A program made the translations under genes and the position numbers. The notes beneath the pieces are model-generated. The model saw only the letters and a list, made by a program, of their open reading frames with translations, searched no databases and was not told the DNA's origin. Shown here in pieces: positions 17,698 to 27,621 of a DNA stretch of 64,000 nucleotides. The DNA comes from Candidatus Iainarchaeum sp. (lineage in GTDB: Archaea; Iainarchaeota; Iainarchaeia; Iainarchaeales; JAGVWC01). The stretch's first letter is position 1. Every line of letters begins with the position of its first letter. The DNA is taken from positions 1 to 64,000 of the forward strand of contig JAGVWC010000011.1 in the NCBI GenBank assembly GCA_018304465.1. The letters are read 5' to 3'.

Positions 17698-18861
17698 ATG
17701 ATCAAAACCACAAACGGCGCCACCGCGCTTGCCGAAACCGCCAAAAACTGCGAACCCGAAGTCGTTGCCGGATATCCGATTACGCCCACGACCCACGTCG
17801 TCGAAGAAATGAACCGGTATTACGCCAACGGCGAAACCAAATCCTTTATCGCGGTCGAATCCGAATTCTCCGCGTTATCCGCGCTCATCGGAGGCGCCGC
17901 CGCAGGCGCCCGCACGTTCACCGCGACCGGATCGCAAGGACTCTTACTGATGCACGAAGTCTTGTTTTGTTCCAGCGGCATGCGCTTGCCCATCGTCATG
18001 GTCGTCGGAAACCGAAGCGTCTCCGCGCCATTATCCATCTGGAACGACGAACAAGACTCGGTTTCCCAGCGCGACACCGGTTGGATCCAATTATACGCCA
18101 AAAACAACCAGGAAGCCTCCGACGCCTTGATTCAAGCGTATTTTATCGCCGAAAAAACGTTCATTCCCGTCATGGTCTGCGTCGATGGACACTTTTTGAC
18201 ACACACCACGGAACAAGTCGACATTCCAAGCAAAGACGAAATCAAACGCTTTTTGCCTCCGTTTAAACCCATGGTCACCCTCGATCCGGACCAACCGCTC
18301 TCCATGGGCGTGTACGCGGCACCCGCTTACTATCAAGAATTCCGCATGGACCTGCATTCCGACCTCGAAAAAAGCGCCGCGGTCATTTCGGACGCGGGCA
18401 AACGCTTCGGACAAGTATTCGGACGCAGTTATGGTCTTGTGGAAGAATACCACGTAAAAGACGCCAAAGAAGTGTTGGTCGGACTTGGAAGCGCCATGGA
18501 AAACGTCAAAGCCGCCGTCGATGAAATGCGAAAACAAGGCAAAAAAGTCGGAGCCTTGCACGTACGCGTACTCCGGCCGTTTCCACGCGAAGAACTCCGA
18601 CGAATCCTAAGCGGAAAACACGTCGGCGTCATTGACCGCGCGCTTTCACCGGGCGCGCAACCCCCGTTGTTTACCGAAATCGTCGAAGCCCTGCAAGGAA
18701 CCTCGTCCACAGTATCCAGTTTTTTCGGCGCGCTGGGCGGACGCACCCTTAAAATCCAGGAATCCAAACAATTATTCGAAAAAATGTCGAAAGGCAAAGC
18801 CCTCAAAGAATGGATCACGGTTACCGTTGAAAAAAACGAAGCCGAAATCGAAACATGCTAA
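17698..18861 (+). CDS. porA: 2-oxoacid:ferredoxin oxidoreductase, alpha subunit
   Basis: GYPITPTT, VESEFSA, ATGSQGLLLMHE. Confidence 0.93.
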   Translation: MIKTTNGATALAETAKNCEPEVVAGYPITPTTHVVEEMNRYYANGETKSFIAVESEFSALSALIGGAAAGARTFTATGSQGLLLMHEVLFCSSGMRLPIVMVVGNRSVSAPLSIWNDEQDSVSQRDTGWIQLYAKNNQEASDALIQAYFIAEKTFIPVMVCVDGHFLTHTTEQVDIPSKDEIKRFLPPFKPMVTLDPDQPLSMGVYAAPAYYQEFRMDLHSDLEKSAAVISDAGKRFGQVFGRSYGLVEEYHVKDAKEVLVGLGSAMENVKAAVDEMRKQGKKVGALHVRVLRPFPREELRRILSGKHVGVIDRALSPGAQPPLFTEIVEALQGTSSTVSSFFGALGGRTLKIQESKQLFEKMSKGKALKEWITVTVEKNEAEIETC

Positions 18862-18914
18862 ACAGCCTTTTTGCTTCGCAAAAAGCCTGGGGAAAAAAAC
18901 AGGAGGAAACGAAA

Positions 18915-19886
18915 ATGAGCCAACAATCCGAAATGCATTTGTTCGCGCCAGGACACAGCGGTTGCCCCGGTTGCGCGCCAAGCACGGTCCTCATCCACGT
19001 CGTCGACACCCTGGGCAAAGACATCATTGTCGTCAACGCCACCGGCTGCATGGAAATCACGTCTTCCCAATACCCCCACTCGGCTTGGCGCGTCCCGTAT
19101 ATTCACTCTTTGTTTGAAAACGCGCCCGCGGTGGCCAGCGGAATTTCCGCAGCCCTCAAAGCCAAAGGCAACCACCACACCAAAGTCGTGGTCATCGCGG
19201 GAGACGGAAGCACCTATGACATCGCGTTCGGATCGCTATCCGGAATGCTCGAACGCGGCGACGACGTGATTTACTGCTGTTACGATAACGAACTCTATGC
19301 CAACACCGGTGTCCAAAAAAGCGGAGCGACTCCGATCGGCGCCGCAACCACGACATCGCAAGCCGGAAAAGTGCATCATGGAAAAGAAAAAGAACGAAAA
19401 CCCATCGTTGAAATCGCGGCCGCCCACAACATTCCGTACGCGGCGTCGGCAAGCATCGCGTTTGTCGCGGATTTTCAGGCGAAATTGAAAAAAGCCGCGC
19501 AGATATCCGGATCCAAATTCATTACGGTCAACGCGCCTTGCGCTTTAGGCGCGGGTTTTGACGGATCGATCTCGATGAAAGTGGCCCGGTTGGCGGTCCA
19601 GTCGCGTATGTGGTTTTTGTTTGAATACGAAAACGGTTTCTTTAAACTCAATTTCAATCCCAAAGTCGCCAAACCCGTGGCCGAATACATGCAGTTGCAA
19701 AAACGATTCCGCCATTTGACTCCCGAAGAAATCGAAAAAATCCAAAAACTCTGCGATCATCATTATATCGAAATGCTCGAACGGCAAAAAGCAAGCGACG
19801 CCAAAAAAATCGTGTTTGACGCGGTCACCCAACCGCCGTCAACTCCCCCTGCGTCGCCATCAGCGCCCGCCGCACCAAAAACATAA
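18915..19886 (+). CDS. porB: 2-oxoacid:ferredoxin oxidoreductase, beta subunit
   Basis: GHSGCPGC, ATGCME, TPP-binding GDGSTYDI...YDNELYANTG. Confidence 0.93.
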   Translation: MSQQSEMHLFAPGHSGCPGCAPSTVLIHVVDTLGKDIIVVNATGCMEITSSQYPHSAWRVPYIHSLFENAPAVASGISAALKAKGNHHTKVVVIAGDGSTYDIAFGSLSGMLERGDDVIYCCYDNELYANTGVQKSGATPIGAATTTSQAGKVHHGKEKERKPIVEIAAAHNIPYAASASIAFVADFQAKLKKAAQISGSKFITVNAPCALGAGFDGSISMKVARLAVQSRMWFLFEYENGFFKLNFNPKVAKPVAEYMQLQKRFRHLTPEEIEKIQKLCDHHYIEMLERQKASDAKKIVFDAVTQPPSTPPASPSAPAAPKT

Positions 19887-19925
19887 AAACACGAAAACAG
19901 CACTATATTTGTGGAGGAAAAAACT

Positions 19926-20177
19926 ATGCCTATCAAGATTGAACATGACAAACCCAATTGCATCGGTTGCGGCGCCTGCGCCGCTGTTTGCCCGGACTTT
20001 TGGGAAATGGAAGGCGACAAAAGCCATTTGAAAGGATCCAAAGACGGCGGACCATTCGAAGGCGGCGAAGAACTCGAAATCAAGGATTCAGACGAAGAAA
20101 AAAACATGGAAGCCGCGCGCAGCTGTCCGGTTAACGTGATTCACTTAAAAGCAAAAGACGGAAAACAGCTCATCTAG
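19926..20177 (+). CDS. Ferredoxin, single cluster
   Basis: CIGCGACAAVCP...AARSCPVNVI. Confidence 0.9.
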   Translation: MPIKIEHDKPNCIGCGACAAVCPDFWEMEGDKSHLKGSKDGGPFEGGEELEIKDSDEEKNMEAARSCPVNVIHLKAKDGKQLI

Positions 20178-21420
20178 AACGCGACTGTTTTTCCAACCCG
20201 CGTTTTTCCAATTTTTCAGAAAGTATTTCTTTTAACAAATCGATTCGGCGCGGTAACTTCCGATACGGCGTGGCGGCGACAAGTCCCGCGACTACAAACC
20301 CCCAGAATAACCAACTCGGCTTGTTTTTGGGAAGTTGATTCGAATCCAGGGACGACGCGGTTTCATGGTTTTCGACTTGATAACACAAATCCGTCAGTTC
20401 ATACGCCTTCTGCAACACTTCTTTGGCTTGCGATTCGATTTCCGATACTGCCTTGTACTCCGGATGATCATGGTAACGCGCTTTCGCATTGCTTTGTTGC
20501 ATTTTGGGAAGAAGAACCGGGCCGCGCGTTTCGGTTAATCGCATGCGGGCGTCTTTAAAATAATTCACAAGTCGTTTTTCAAACCTTTTTCGGTTAAGTC
20601 CTTCCGCCAAAGACGCGGCTAATTCTACTTGAACCCAATTGCGAATCCATGTGTGGGTTTCAGTTGCGGAAGCGAATCGAATCTCCCGGTCCGGAACATT
20701 GCTTAGGGTCGCTTTGTTTCGGCCCGCGTAATAATCAAAACTATGCCATTTTTCATGACGCTTAAACTGCCGGTCCGACGCGGGGTCGGACGAATTCTGA
20801 ATCACCAAAGTGACGGGGATATTGCGGTAACCGCGGACAGGCCAGTCCAAGAGTGTCCTGACTCCTGCCCATCGCTCAAGCAACGGCAGTTTCGCGTTCA
20901 ACAAGTCACCCAAATAGGTCGGCGCAATGAAATGAAGACTAAGCCAATCCGAAGAAACCTGAACTTCGCGCGAATGCGCAATCCGATTGTATTCTTCCGG
21001 CGAAAGCCGTGCCGCGCTCGTTACCATTCCCGCAAGTACCCGGCCAGGAGTGGTTGCTCCGTTGTTGGCTTGCGAACTGATGCGGTGCAGCAATAACGTA
21101 TTGCGCATGCTTTCATTCAATATTCTTTCAAGCACTTTTTTTGCTCGCGGATTAATGCGCGAGTCTTCAATATGCCGATAAACAGATTCGGCTTGTTCTT
21201 TGATTTCGACTTCGGAGGAAAAAACGGGTTTTTGAAGAAAATCAAACAAGTGGGATTGGCTACGCAAACCCTGGATCAATTGGAACCCCAGTTTTTTCTT
21301 GCGTTGTTCCTGAAACGACCGTCGTTCTTCTTTTGAAAGCGAAGCGTAATCTTTCGGCGTTCGCGGGACACGATACGTGGGAACCCCCATTCCGGTGGGT
21401 TTACGATAAAAACGGGGCAT
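20170..21420 (-). CDS. Hypothetical protein with an HExxH motif and basic leader
   Basis: 416-aa ORF with RHEKWH and a downstream VELAA; no family recognised. Confidence 0.6.
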   Translation of the reverse strand: MPRFYRKPTGMGVPTYRVPRTPKDYASLSKEERRSFQEQRKKKLGFQLIQGLRSQSHLFDFLQKPVFSSEVEIKEQAESVYRHIEDSRINPRAKKVLERILNESMRNTLLLHRISSQANNGATTPGRVLAGMVTSAARLSPEEYNRIAHSREVQVSSDWLSLHFIAPTYLGDLLNAKLPLLERWAGVRTLLDWPVRGYRNIPVTLVIQNSSDPASDRQFKRHEKWHSFDYYAGRNKATLSNVPDREIRFASATETHTWIRNWVQVELAASLAEGLNRKRFEKRLVNYFKDARMRLTETRGPVLLPKMQQSNAKARYHDHPEYKAVSEIESQAKEVLQKAYELTDLCYQVENHETASSLDSNQLPKNKPSWLFWGFVVAGLVAATPYRKLPRRIDLLKEILSEKLEKRGLEKQSRSR

Positions 21421-21500
21421 ACGCTAAAAAATCGAAAAATACCTTCAAAAAGGGATTGGTCCGGTGATTCTTTAAAACGTTTTCTTTGTATGGTCTTAGT

Positions 21501-21944
21501 ATGGTCAATAATTCCGTTTATTTGATGCATTCCTCCACCCCGCAAAACATCGGGACGTTAAAGGAACCCACGAATATCGCCGAAATCAAGTTTGAAGAAA
21601 ACGGAAAAGACGCGAATATTTCGGTGTTCGTGTTAAACGACGGCGGAAAAATCAAGGAAATCAAATACCTGGCCAAAGCCTCCATTCCCGTCGTCGCCTC
21701 GCTATCCTACTTGTCCGTGATCCTCAAAGGCAAAAAAGTCGGCGACGCCCTGGCATTGCAAACCGACGAAATCGTTTCGGCGTTGAGTTTGCCTGAACAT
21801 TATCAGTACTGTGCCAAACGCGCGTTGGAAGCGATCCAAAAAGCCTTTCATGAAAGCGAAGACCCCTTTGACCGGGCCTTCAAATCCATCTCCGAATACA
21901 ACGGTCCCTATGAAGGAAACCAACCGTACGGGTTTGAAGATTAA
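21501..21944 (+). CDS. Degenerate IscU/NifU-N-like scaffold protein
   Basis: H...PQNIG.L, KIKEIKY, ASLS...KGKKVGDA and LPEHYQYCA align with IscU; only the last Cys is kept. Confidence 0.75.
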   Translation: MVNNSVYLMHSSTPQNIGTLKEPTNIAEIKFEENGKDANISVFVLNDGGKIKEIKYLAKASIPVVASLSYLSVILKGKKVGDALALQTDEIVSALSLPEHYQYCAKRALEAIQKAFHESEDPFDRAFKSISEYNGPYEGNQPYGFED

Positions 21945-21974
21945 AAACGGTTTCAAAAAAAGTTTTTTCTTGTT

Positions 21975-24170
21975 TTAAAACAACGCCACGCGACCCAATG
22001 CCTGGCGCGCCATCAAATATTCCAGCGTGCTTTCCGCGCCTTGGTTGACGTTGACTTCGGTCGGGGACAAACCGTCATAGCAACCATTGCTTTTCTTGTC
22101 CACCATCACGCAATTCAGGGAATTGCGTCCGAAAAACCATTCGAACGAAATCTTGGCGTTCTTTTTATAATCCTCTTTTTTCGCAACTTCAAGTCCTTTC
22201 AAATACGCGGTCGTCATGGTTCCGGCTTCGATCGGTTGCTGGTTGAAAAACGAGCGTTCCTCGCCTTTCTTGTACCATCCGTAATGGCCCACCGGCATCA
22301 ACGTGTTTTGCAAAATCAATTCTTTGGACAGCATATCCAGGGACTTCGTGGCGACTTTCAGATACTCCTGGTTTTCCAACACTTGCGCTGAATTGAAAAT
22401 CGCTTCGCAGATCGACGCGTTGGCGTACGTTAAGGATTCTTCGAACCAATGCCAGTTGTCGTCGGCCACTTCGTGGAACTGGTGCACCAAACTATCCGAA
22501 AGCTTGCTCATGGTTTTAAGGGTGCGCTCGTCTTTTTCCGGGTACGCCGCCAATCCAAGCAACGCGAACGCTTTGGCGCGCGGAGAACCGAGGCTTGAAA
22601 TCTGCGGGAACGCGCGATCGAAAATCGTCAAGGCTTTGTTATGTAGTAGAACGGGCAGGTTGGCGCGCGACGCGACACCTAAACTCCACATGGTTCGACC
22701 AAACGAATCCTCGCTTCCCATGCGATCCAAAAAATTATGGTTCGAATCCACGATATTGTGGAACCAACCGTCTTGCATCTGGCAATACTCGACGAAATTC
22801 AAATACTTCTTGGTCTGGCGCTCCATTTTGATCGACGGCGTGGTTTCCATCGCCTGGGTCGCAACGATCAACGCCCGCGCGTTGTCATCGGTCGTATAAC
22901 CGCTGTCGGGATTGGGTTCGAAAAAATTCGCAAACTGAATGATTCCGAATTCGTCCGTCAACCGGTGCATGTGCGTATACGACAATTTGGGCAGCTTGTT
23001 GAGAAAATCGAAATTAAAATCGTGAATATCCGTGTAAATCGACGCATACTGGTTCGCGACATTAGGCCACACCATTTTTCGCGAATACGCAAACGCGTTG
23101 TTTTCCAGTTTCTGAATCAAATCCGGATCGCGCAATAATTTCAACAACGCGTTTTCAAACACCTGGTGATTTTCCACTGCCACCAATATTCCGCGTTCGC
23201 CGCCATACACTTCCTCGTTGTATTTCGAGCGCGTCACGATCGCGGCTTTTCCCGCGGCCATGGCGTACGACGTGGTTCCGCTGCACGACTGGTTCTTGTC
23301 AATGGACGGTGACAAATAGACGTCCGCCATCTGCAACAATTCAATCAATTCGTTCAAGGACAAATACTTGTTGAAAAACTTGACGTGTTCTTCGACTCCG
23401 AGTTCCTTGGCCAACAATTCCAATTCGTTTCGATACGACTCGCCTTCATGCGCCCGAACTTTCGGATGGGTTTCTCCCGCGCACACATACACGACTTCCG
23501 GATGCTGGGAAACCACTTTGGGCAATGCCTTGATCACGTACTCGATGCCTTTTCCGCGCGAAAGCAATCCAAACGTCAACAAAACGGTTTTTCCAGCCAA
23601 ACGGTATTTTTGCTTGAAGAATTCTTTTTTTCCCGGAACGATTTCGGGGACGCCGTGCGGGACCACGCAGACTTTTTCGGGCGGAATCATGTACTCTTTT
23701 ACCAGAATTTCTTTGGCAGCTTCCGTCATTACGACCACCGCTTTGCAGTTGCCGCAAATATTCTGGACCACTTCCAAACGCTTCGGATCCGGCTCCGGCA
23801 AAACCGTGTGAAACGTGGTTACCGCGTCTTTTTTGAGTTTTCCCAAAAACGCGAGCAAATACTCCCCGTATTCGCCGCCAAAAAGACCGAATTCGTGCTG
23901 AACATTGACCACGCTGATCCGGTGTTTGCGGTTGAGCCGGTCGGCAAGCTTCTCGTAATCCGCGATTTCGGAAGCGTTGATCTGGTCAATGACCTTGTGA
24001 TTATAATTGTAAATGCTCGAGCCGCTTTCGTTTAACGCGACGATCCGGGGCTTCATCAAATGCCCGAATTTCTTGTAAATCGATTCTGAAAGATCCTTCG
24101 AAAAAGTCGCAATCCCGCATTCACGCGGAGGAAAACTGGATACAAAAACAACGGACGATTTTTGTGACAT
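21975..24170 (-). CDS. GT4 glycosyltransferase fused to a C-terminal alpha/alpha-barrel-like domain
   Basis: SSFPPRECGIATF, QHEFGLFGG, FGLLSRGKGIE; C-terminal GYTTDDNARAL, QQPIEA, NQGAEST. Confidence 0.88.
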   Translation of the reverse strand: MSQKSSVVFVSSFPPRECGIATFSKDLSESIYKKFGHLMKPRIVALNESGSSIYNYNHKVIDQINASEIADYEKLADRLNRKHRISVVNVQHEFGLFGGEYGEYLLAFLGKLKKDAVTTFHTVLPEPDPKRLEVVQNICGNCKAVVVMTEAAKEILVKEYMIPPEKVCVVPHGVPEIVPGKKEFFKQKYRLAGKTVLLTFGLLSRGKGIEYVIKALPKVVSQHPEVVYVCAGETHPKVRAHEGESYRNELELLAKELGVEEHVKFFNKYLSLNELIELLQMADVYLSPSIDKNQSCSGTTSYAMAAGKAAIVTRSKYNEEVYGGERGILVAVENHQVFENALLKLLRDPDLIQKLENNAFAYSRKMVWPNVANQYASIYTDIHDFNFDFLNKLPKLSYTHMHRLTDEFGIIQFANFFEPNPDSGYTTDDNARALIVATQAMETTPSIKMERQTKKYLNFVEYCQMQDGWFHNIVDSNHNFLDRMGSEDSFGRTMWSLGVASRANLPVLLHNKALTIFDRAFPQISSLGSPRAKAFALLGLAAYPEKDERTLKTMSKLSDSLVHQFHEVADDNWHWFEESLTYANASICEAIFNSAQVLENQEYLKVATKSLDMLSKELILQNTLMPVGHYGWYKKGEERSFFNQQPIEAGTMTTAYLKGLEVAKKEDYKKNAKISFEWFFGRNSLNCVMVDKKSNGCYDGLSPTEVNVNQGAESTLEYLMARQALGRVALF

Positions 24171-24358
24171 CAACTTGGCCCCAAAATAAAAATCGAATCA
24201 GATTTTTCTTAACCCCACTCGATATATTAGCGAACAGGTTATATTTAAGCGTAGCGCCGTTTCGCGACCGACGACCGATCGCCGCGGATCCGATCGAAAT
24301 CCGGACGAATCCGTCGAGGAAAAAGATTAAATTCTCAAACAGCCTAAACCCATATACC

Positions 24359-25489
24359 ATGGCCGCGAACCTTTCGGTACCCGAACTCATCGCATTAGAC
24401 GTGATCGCCAGCTGCGCGACTTCGAACGGATTGTTCGCGAGCGCTCCGCCCGACGGATACACCATGGTGTTTTCACGAGACGCCATGATCACTTTGCTTG
24501 GCGCCTTTTCGTACCGTCACCCGCTTGTGGACCAGCAATTTGAAAAAAGCCTCGTTACCTTGGGTTTGCACCAGGCTCCCAGCGGCCAAATTCCGAACGC
24601 GGTCGACTTATTCGACCCCAAACGCAAAAAAGAAGTGTCTTTTGCCACCATCGATTCGACGTTATGGTGGCTGATTGGACTCAAAACCTATTGCCACGCC
24701 CGCAAAAAAACCGCTTTTTTCAAGCGTTTCTCCAAGCAAGTCGAAAACGCGTTTCATTGGCTTTTATGCCAAGACACCGGCGAAGACGGCATGCCCGAAC
24801 AGCATCCGACTTCGGACTGGCAAGACGCGTTTCCCCACAAATACGGACATACCATTAACACCCAAGCCCTGTATTTTCACGCGTTGAACCTTTATGGGCG
24901 GAAAAAACAGGCCCAACAAGTGTCCGACGCCGTGAACGGAAAACTGCGGCCCGATTGGAGTCTTTGGGACGACGAACTCGGATATTACCGTCCGTGGCGC
25001 TGGAAAAGCCACGACCAATTTCACGAAACCGAAAACTGGTTCGACACCACGGGTAACCTGCTTGCGATTCTGTTTGATCTGGCCAGTCCCCGGCAAGCCG
25101 AACTCATCTTGTCCTATATCGAACAACATCACATCAATGCTCCGTTTCCCATCCGCGTGATTTTTCCCGCGATTACGCCGCGCACCCATGCCTGGCAAGA
25201 CTACTACAAATCTTCCGCCGCCGGAAAACCGTTTCATTATCTAAACGGCGGAATCTGGCCTTTTGTCGGCGGACTCTATGTGACCGCGTTGGTAAAACTG
25301 CGTCGCTTTGCCGAAGCCGAGCGCGAACTGCACTTGCTTGAAAAAAGCAATTTGTTAAATCCCAACCAACCGTTTCCCGAATGGATTCACCCGTACACCC
25401 AGGAAACATTCGGAGTCCAGCAAGCCTGGAGCGCGGGCACGTATTTGCTGGCCAAAAAATCAGTTGAAACAAAAAAACCCTTGTTTTGA
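24359..25489 (+). CDS. GH100-like (neutral invertase)/amylo-alpha-1,6-glucosidase family glycoside hydrolase
   Basis: VFSRDAMI, GQIPN, IDSTLWW, YLNGGIWPFVGG, QAWSAG. Confidence 0.8.
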   Translation: MAANLSVPELIALDVIASCATSNGLFASAPPDGYTMVFSRDAMITLLGAFSYRHPLVDQQFEKSLVTLGLHQAPSGQIPNAVDLFDPKRKKEVSFATIDSTLWWLIGLKTYCHARKKTAFFKRFSKQVENAFHWLLCQDTGEDGMPEQHPTSDWQDAFPHKYGHTINTQALYFHALNLYGRKKQAQQVSDAVNGKLRPDWSLWDDELGYYRPWRWKSHDQFHETENWFDTTGNLLAILFDLASPRQAELILSYIEQHHINAPFPIRVIFPAITPRTHAWQDYYKSSAAGKPFHYLNGGIWPFVGGLYVTALVKLRRFAEAERELHLLEKSNLLNPNQPFPEWIHPYTQETFGVQQAWSAGTYLLAKKSVETKKPLF

Positions 25490-25490
25490 A

Positions 25491-25841
25491 TCACGGTTTG
25501 GCTAACCGCTTAAAAATCTTTTTTAAAATCTCTTGTCGGCTTATGGCCAAGTCCATTATTTCTTGGGCTTCCCGCTGCCTTGACACATTCTTTTTGGATT
25601 GCGCGAGGCGTTTTCGTTGAACCGCGAACCGATACAATGCGTCCAATTCAATCAAAGCGTCCACAATCCGGGCCGAAGAAGGAAACTGCCGAACCCGCGC
25701 CAAACTTTGTTCGGATCTTTTCAACTGCCGTTCCATTTCATCGGACTGCTTTTTCCGGTTCGACAACACGCGTTCCCGGGCCGAAGCACGACGAACGACT
25801 CCAACCAGCCTTTTGATTCGGTTAACGGTTTTTCGAATCAT
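25491..25841 (-). CDS. Hypothetical very basic helical protein
   Basis: 116-aa Arg/Lys-rich ORF that fills the gap exactly and has an ATGA overlap with the upstream GT4 gene. Confidence 0.6.
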   Translation of the reverse strand: MIRKTVNRIKRLVGVVRRASARERVLSNRKKQSDEMERQLKRSEQSLARVRQFPSSARIVDALIELDALYRFAVQRKRLAQSKKNVSRQREAQEIMDLAISRQEILKKIFKRLAKP

Positions 25842-26980
25842 AATCCTAATTTGTCATGAATCACTTTTTGCATTTTTTTGGCGACAACACGGTAATCGAA
25901 CTCTTTTTCAGCCCGTTTCCGAGCCGCTTTGCCCATTTTAGCCGCTTGCTTGTCGTCGGTCAGCAATTTCAACAAATACTCCGCAAGATCGTTGACATCC
26001 GCGCGATACGCAAAAGTTTTGGGCTGATCAAACCTGATGATTTGTTTTTCGGCAAAACCCATGTGCGGATACACCCATTCTTCATCCAGTTTGATCTCTT
26101 CGGATACCTTGCACAAATACCCTGTTTCATTGTGCACCACGGTGTCACGGCAACCGCCGGCGTCAATCGCAATCACGGGCCGACCCGCGCACATGGCTTC
26201 CAACTGAATCATTCCGAATCCCTCGATCCGGCTGGGCGCCGCGTACACGTCGGTCGCGTTCAAAAAAACATTCATGAAATTTCGCGAAAGCGCTCCGCCA
26301 AAAAACCTGATTTTTTTGCGATCCAATCCCAGTTCTCGGATGATTTCGTTTTCGGCTTGGCGATGATAATACGGTTTTCCGTCCACCCAGCTTTTGCCCA
26401 AATACACCCAGTCCTTGAATTCCTTGTCCACAATCGCCAGGGCTTTAAGCACTTCCTGAGCGCCTTTACTCGTAATGTCGCCGCCAACCGTCGAAATCAT
26501 CTTGATATTATCGGGAACATCCAACAGTTTTCGCATTTCAACGACCCGTTCGTCTTCGCGGTCAATCGGATACATTTCATTGGTATCGATTCCGATCGGC
26601 ATCGGAAAAATATTCGGGTTCGAAACGCCGTCGCGGTTGTAAATCTCTTTGACCCACCGGCTCGTGGTAAACATCAACGGCAATTCGTTTAATTTGTCGT
26701 GATAATTACTGACCCATCCGTCCGCGTTAAGCCACGGCACCGGCTGGATTCCATTTTCCTGGGGTTCGAAAATCAGGTCCGGTGCGTTTCCCCAATAACC
26801 GATTCCGATCGCGCAATCGGGCTTGAAACTCTTGTACAACCATTCTTTTTCCATGACCGAATCGTAATTGCAGTGTTGCGCGGACAAACCGTTCTCGACA
26901 AACCCGCGATACAAAAAATTTCCTTGCAGACTCACGCCGTCCAGCTGAACGGGGGATGGATACAACACGATCGGTCTCAT
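25838..26980 (-). CDS. GT4 glycosyltransferase
   Basis: KGAQE, DVYAAPSRIEGFGMIQLEAMCAGRPVI. Confidence 0.92.
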   Translation of the reverse strand: MRPIVLYPSPVQLDGVSLQGNFLYRGFVENGLSAQHCNYDSVMEKEWLYKSFKPDCAIGIGYWGNAPDLIFEPQENGIQPVPWLNADGWVSNYHDKLNELPLMFTTSRWVKEIYNRDGVSNPNIFPMPIGIDTNEMYPIDREDERVVEMRKLLDVPDNIKMISTVGGDITSKGAQEVLKALAIVDKEFKDWVYLGKSWVDGKPYYHRQAENEIIRELGLDRKKIRFFGGALSRNFMNVFLNATDVYAAPSRIEGFGMIQLEAMCAGRPVIAIDAGGCRDTVVHNETGYLCKVSEEIKLDEEWVYPHMGFAEKQIIRFDQPKTFAYRADVNDLAEYLLKLLTDDKQAAKMGKAARKRAEKEFDYRVVAKKMQKVIHDKLGL

Positions 26981-27558
26981 TTGATTCGCCTAAAGCGTTC
27001 AATTTTGTTTGCGCTTCGAACTTCGAAGCCGTCTTCACTAAAACCATAGACCTGATGGATTAAAAACTTCTTCTTTTCGTGCAACGCGCGCGAAAGACGC
27101 ACTTCGAGCGATCCGTGCGTCATCGGGACCGCGATTTTGTCACGATTTTTCTTGACCGCAAAGCAATACGCGCGATTTGTTTTCAATCGATTGCTTACAA
27201 TCAGTTTTTTCACGGCGTGATGACACTCGCGATGCCGAATATGCCCGTATTCCCCGTTAAACCCGTGAAAAAAGACGTAATCGAATGAATCGTTTCCGAC
27301 GAATTTTTCGATGTGATCCGCAAGTTCGCCGATATTTTGCCGCGTTTTTAGCGATGGTTCATCGTCGATCAAGCCGTGAATCATGCCGCTTGCTCCCAAC
27401 TGTTTCACGACGCGAAAAAACTTCGGTGCGCGATCCGTGTCCCAATCGCGCGAAAGACACTCGATCCGCCAATCCCACTCCGGATGCGACAAAATCAATC
27501 CGCCTGCCCAGAGGGTTTCGTCATCCGGATGCGCGACAATCACAAGCGCTTTGGTCAT
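26977..27558 (-). CDS. PIG-L/LmbE family deacetylase
   Basis: IVAHPDDETL, GEYGHIRH. Confidence 0.88.
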   Translation of the reverse strand: MTKALVIVAHPDDETLWAGGLILSHPEWDWRIECLSRDWDTDRAPKFFRVVKQLGASGMIHGLIDDEPSLKTRQNIGELADHIEKFVGNDSFDYVFFHGFNGEYGHIRHRECHHAVKKLIVSNRLKTNRAYCFAVKKNRDKIAVPMTHGSLEVRLSRALHEKKKFLIHQVYGFSEDGFEVRSANKIERFRRIK

Positions 27559-27621
27559 GGTAATCTATTTCCTTTTTTTTGGGTCACTCAATACACCCGC
27601 TTTCAATTTGCAAAGCGACCA

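Noticed and set aside
24171-24358. GC-rich patch in the divergent GT4/GH100 promoter as a structured RNA
   Set aside because: No convincing long stem or known motif found by eye.
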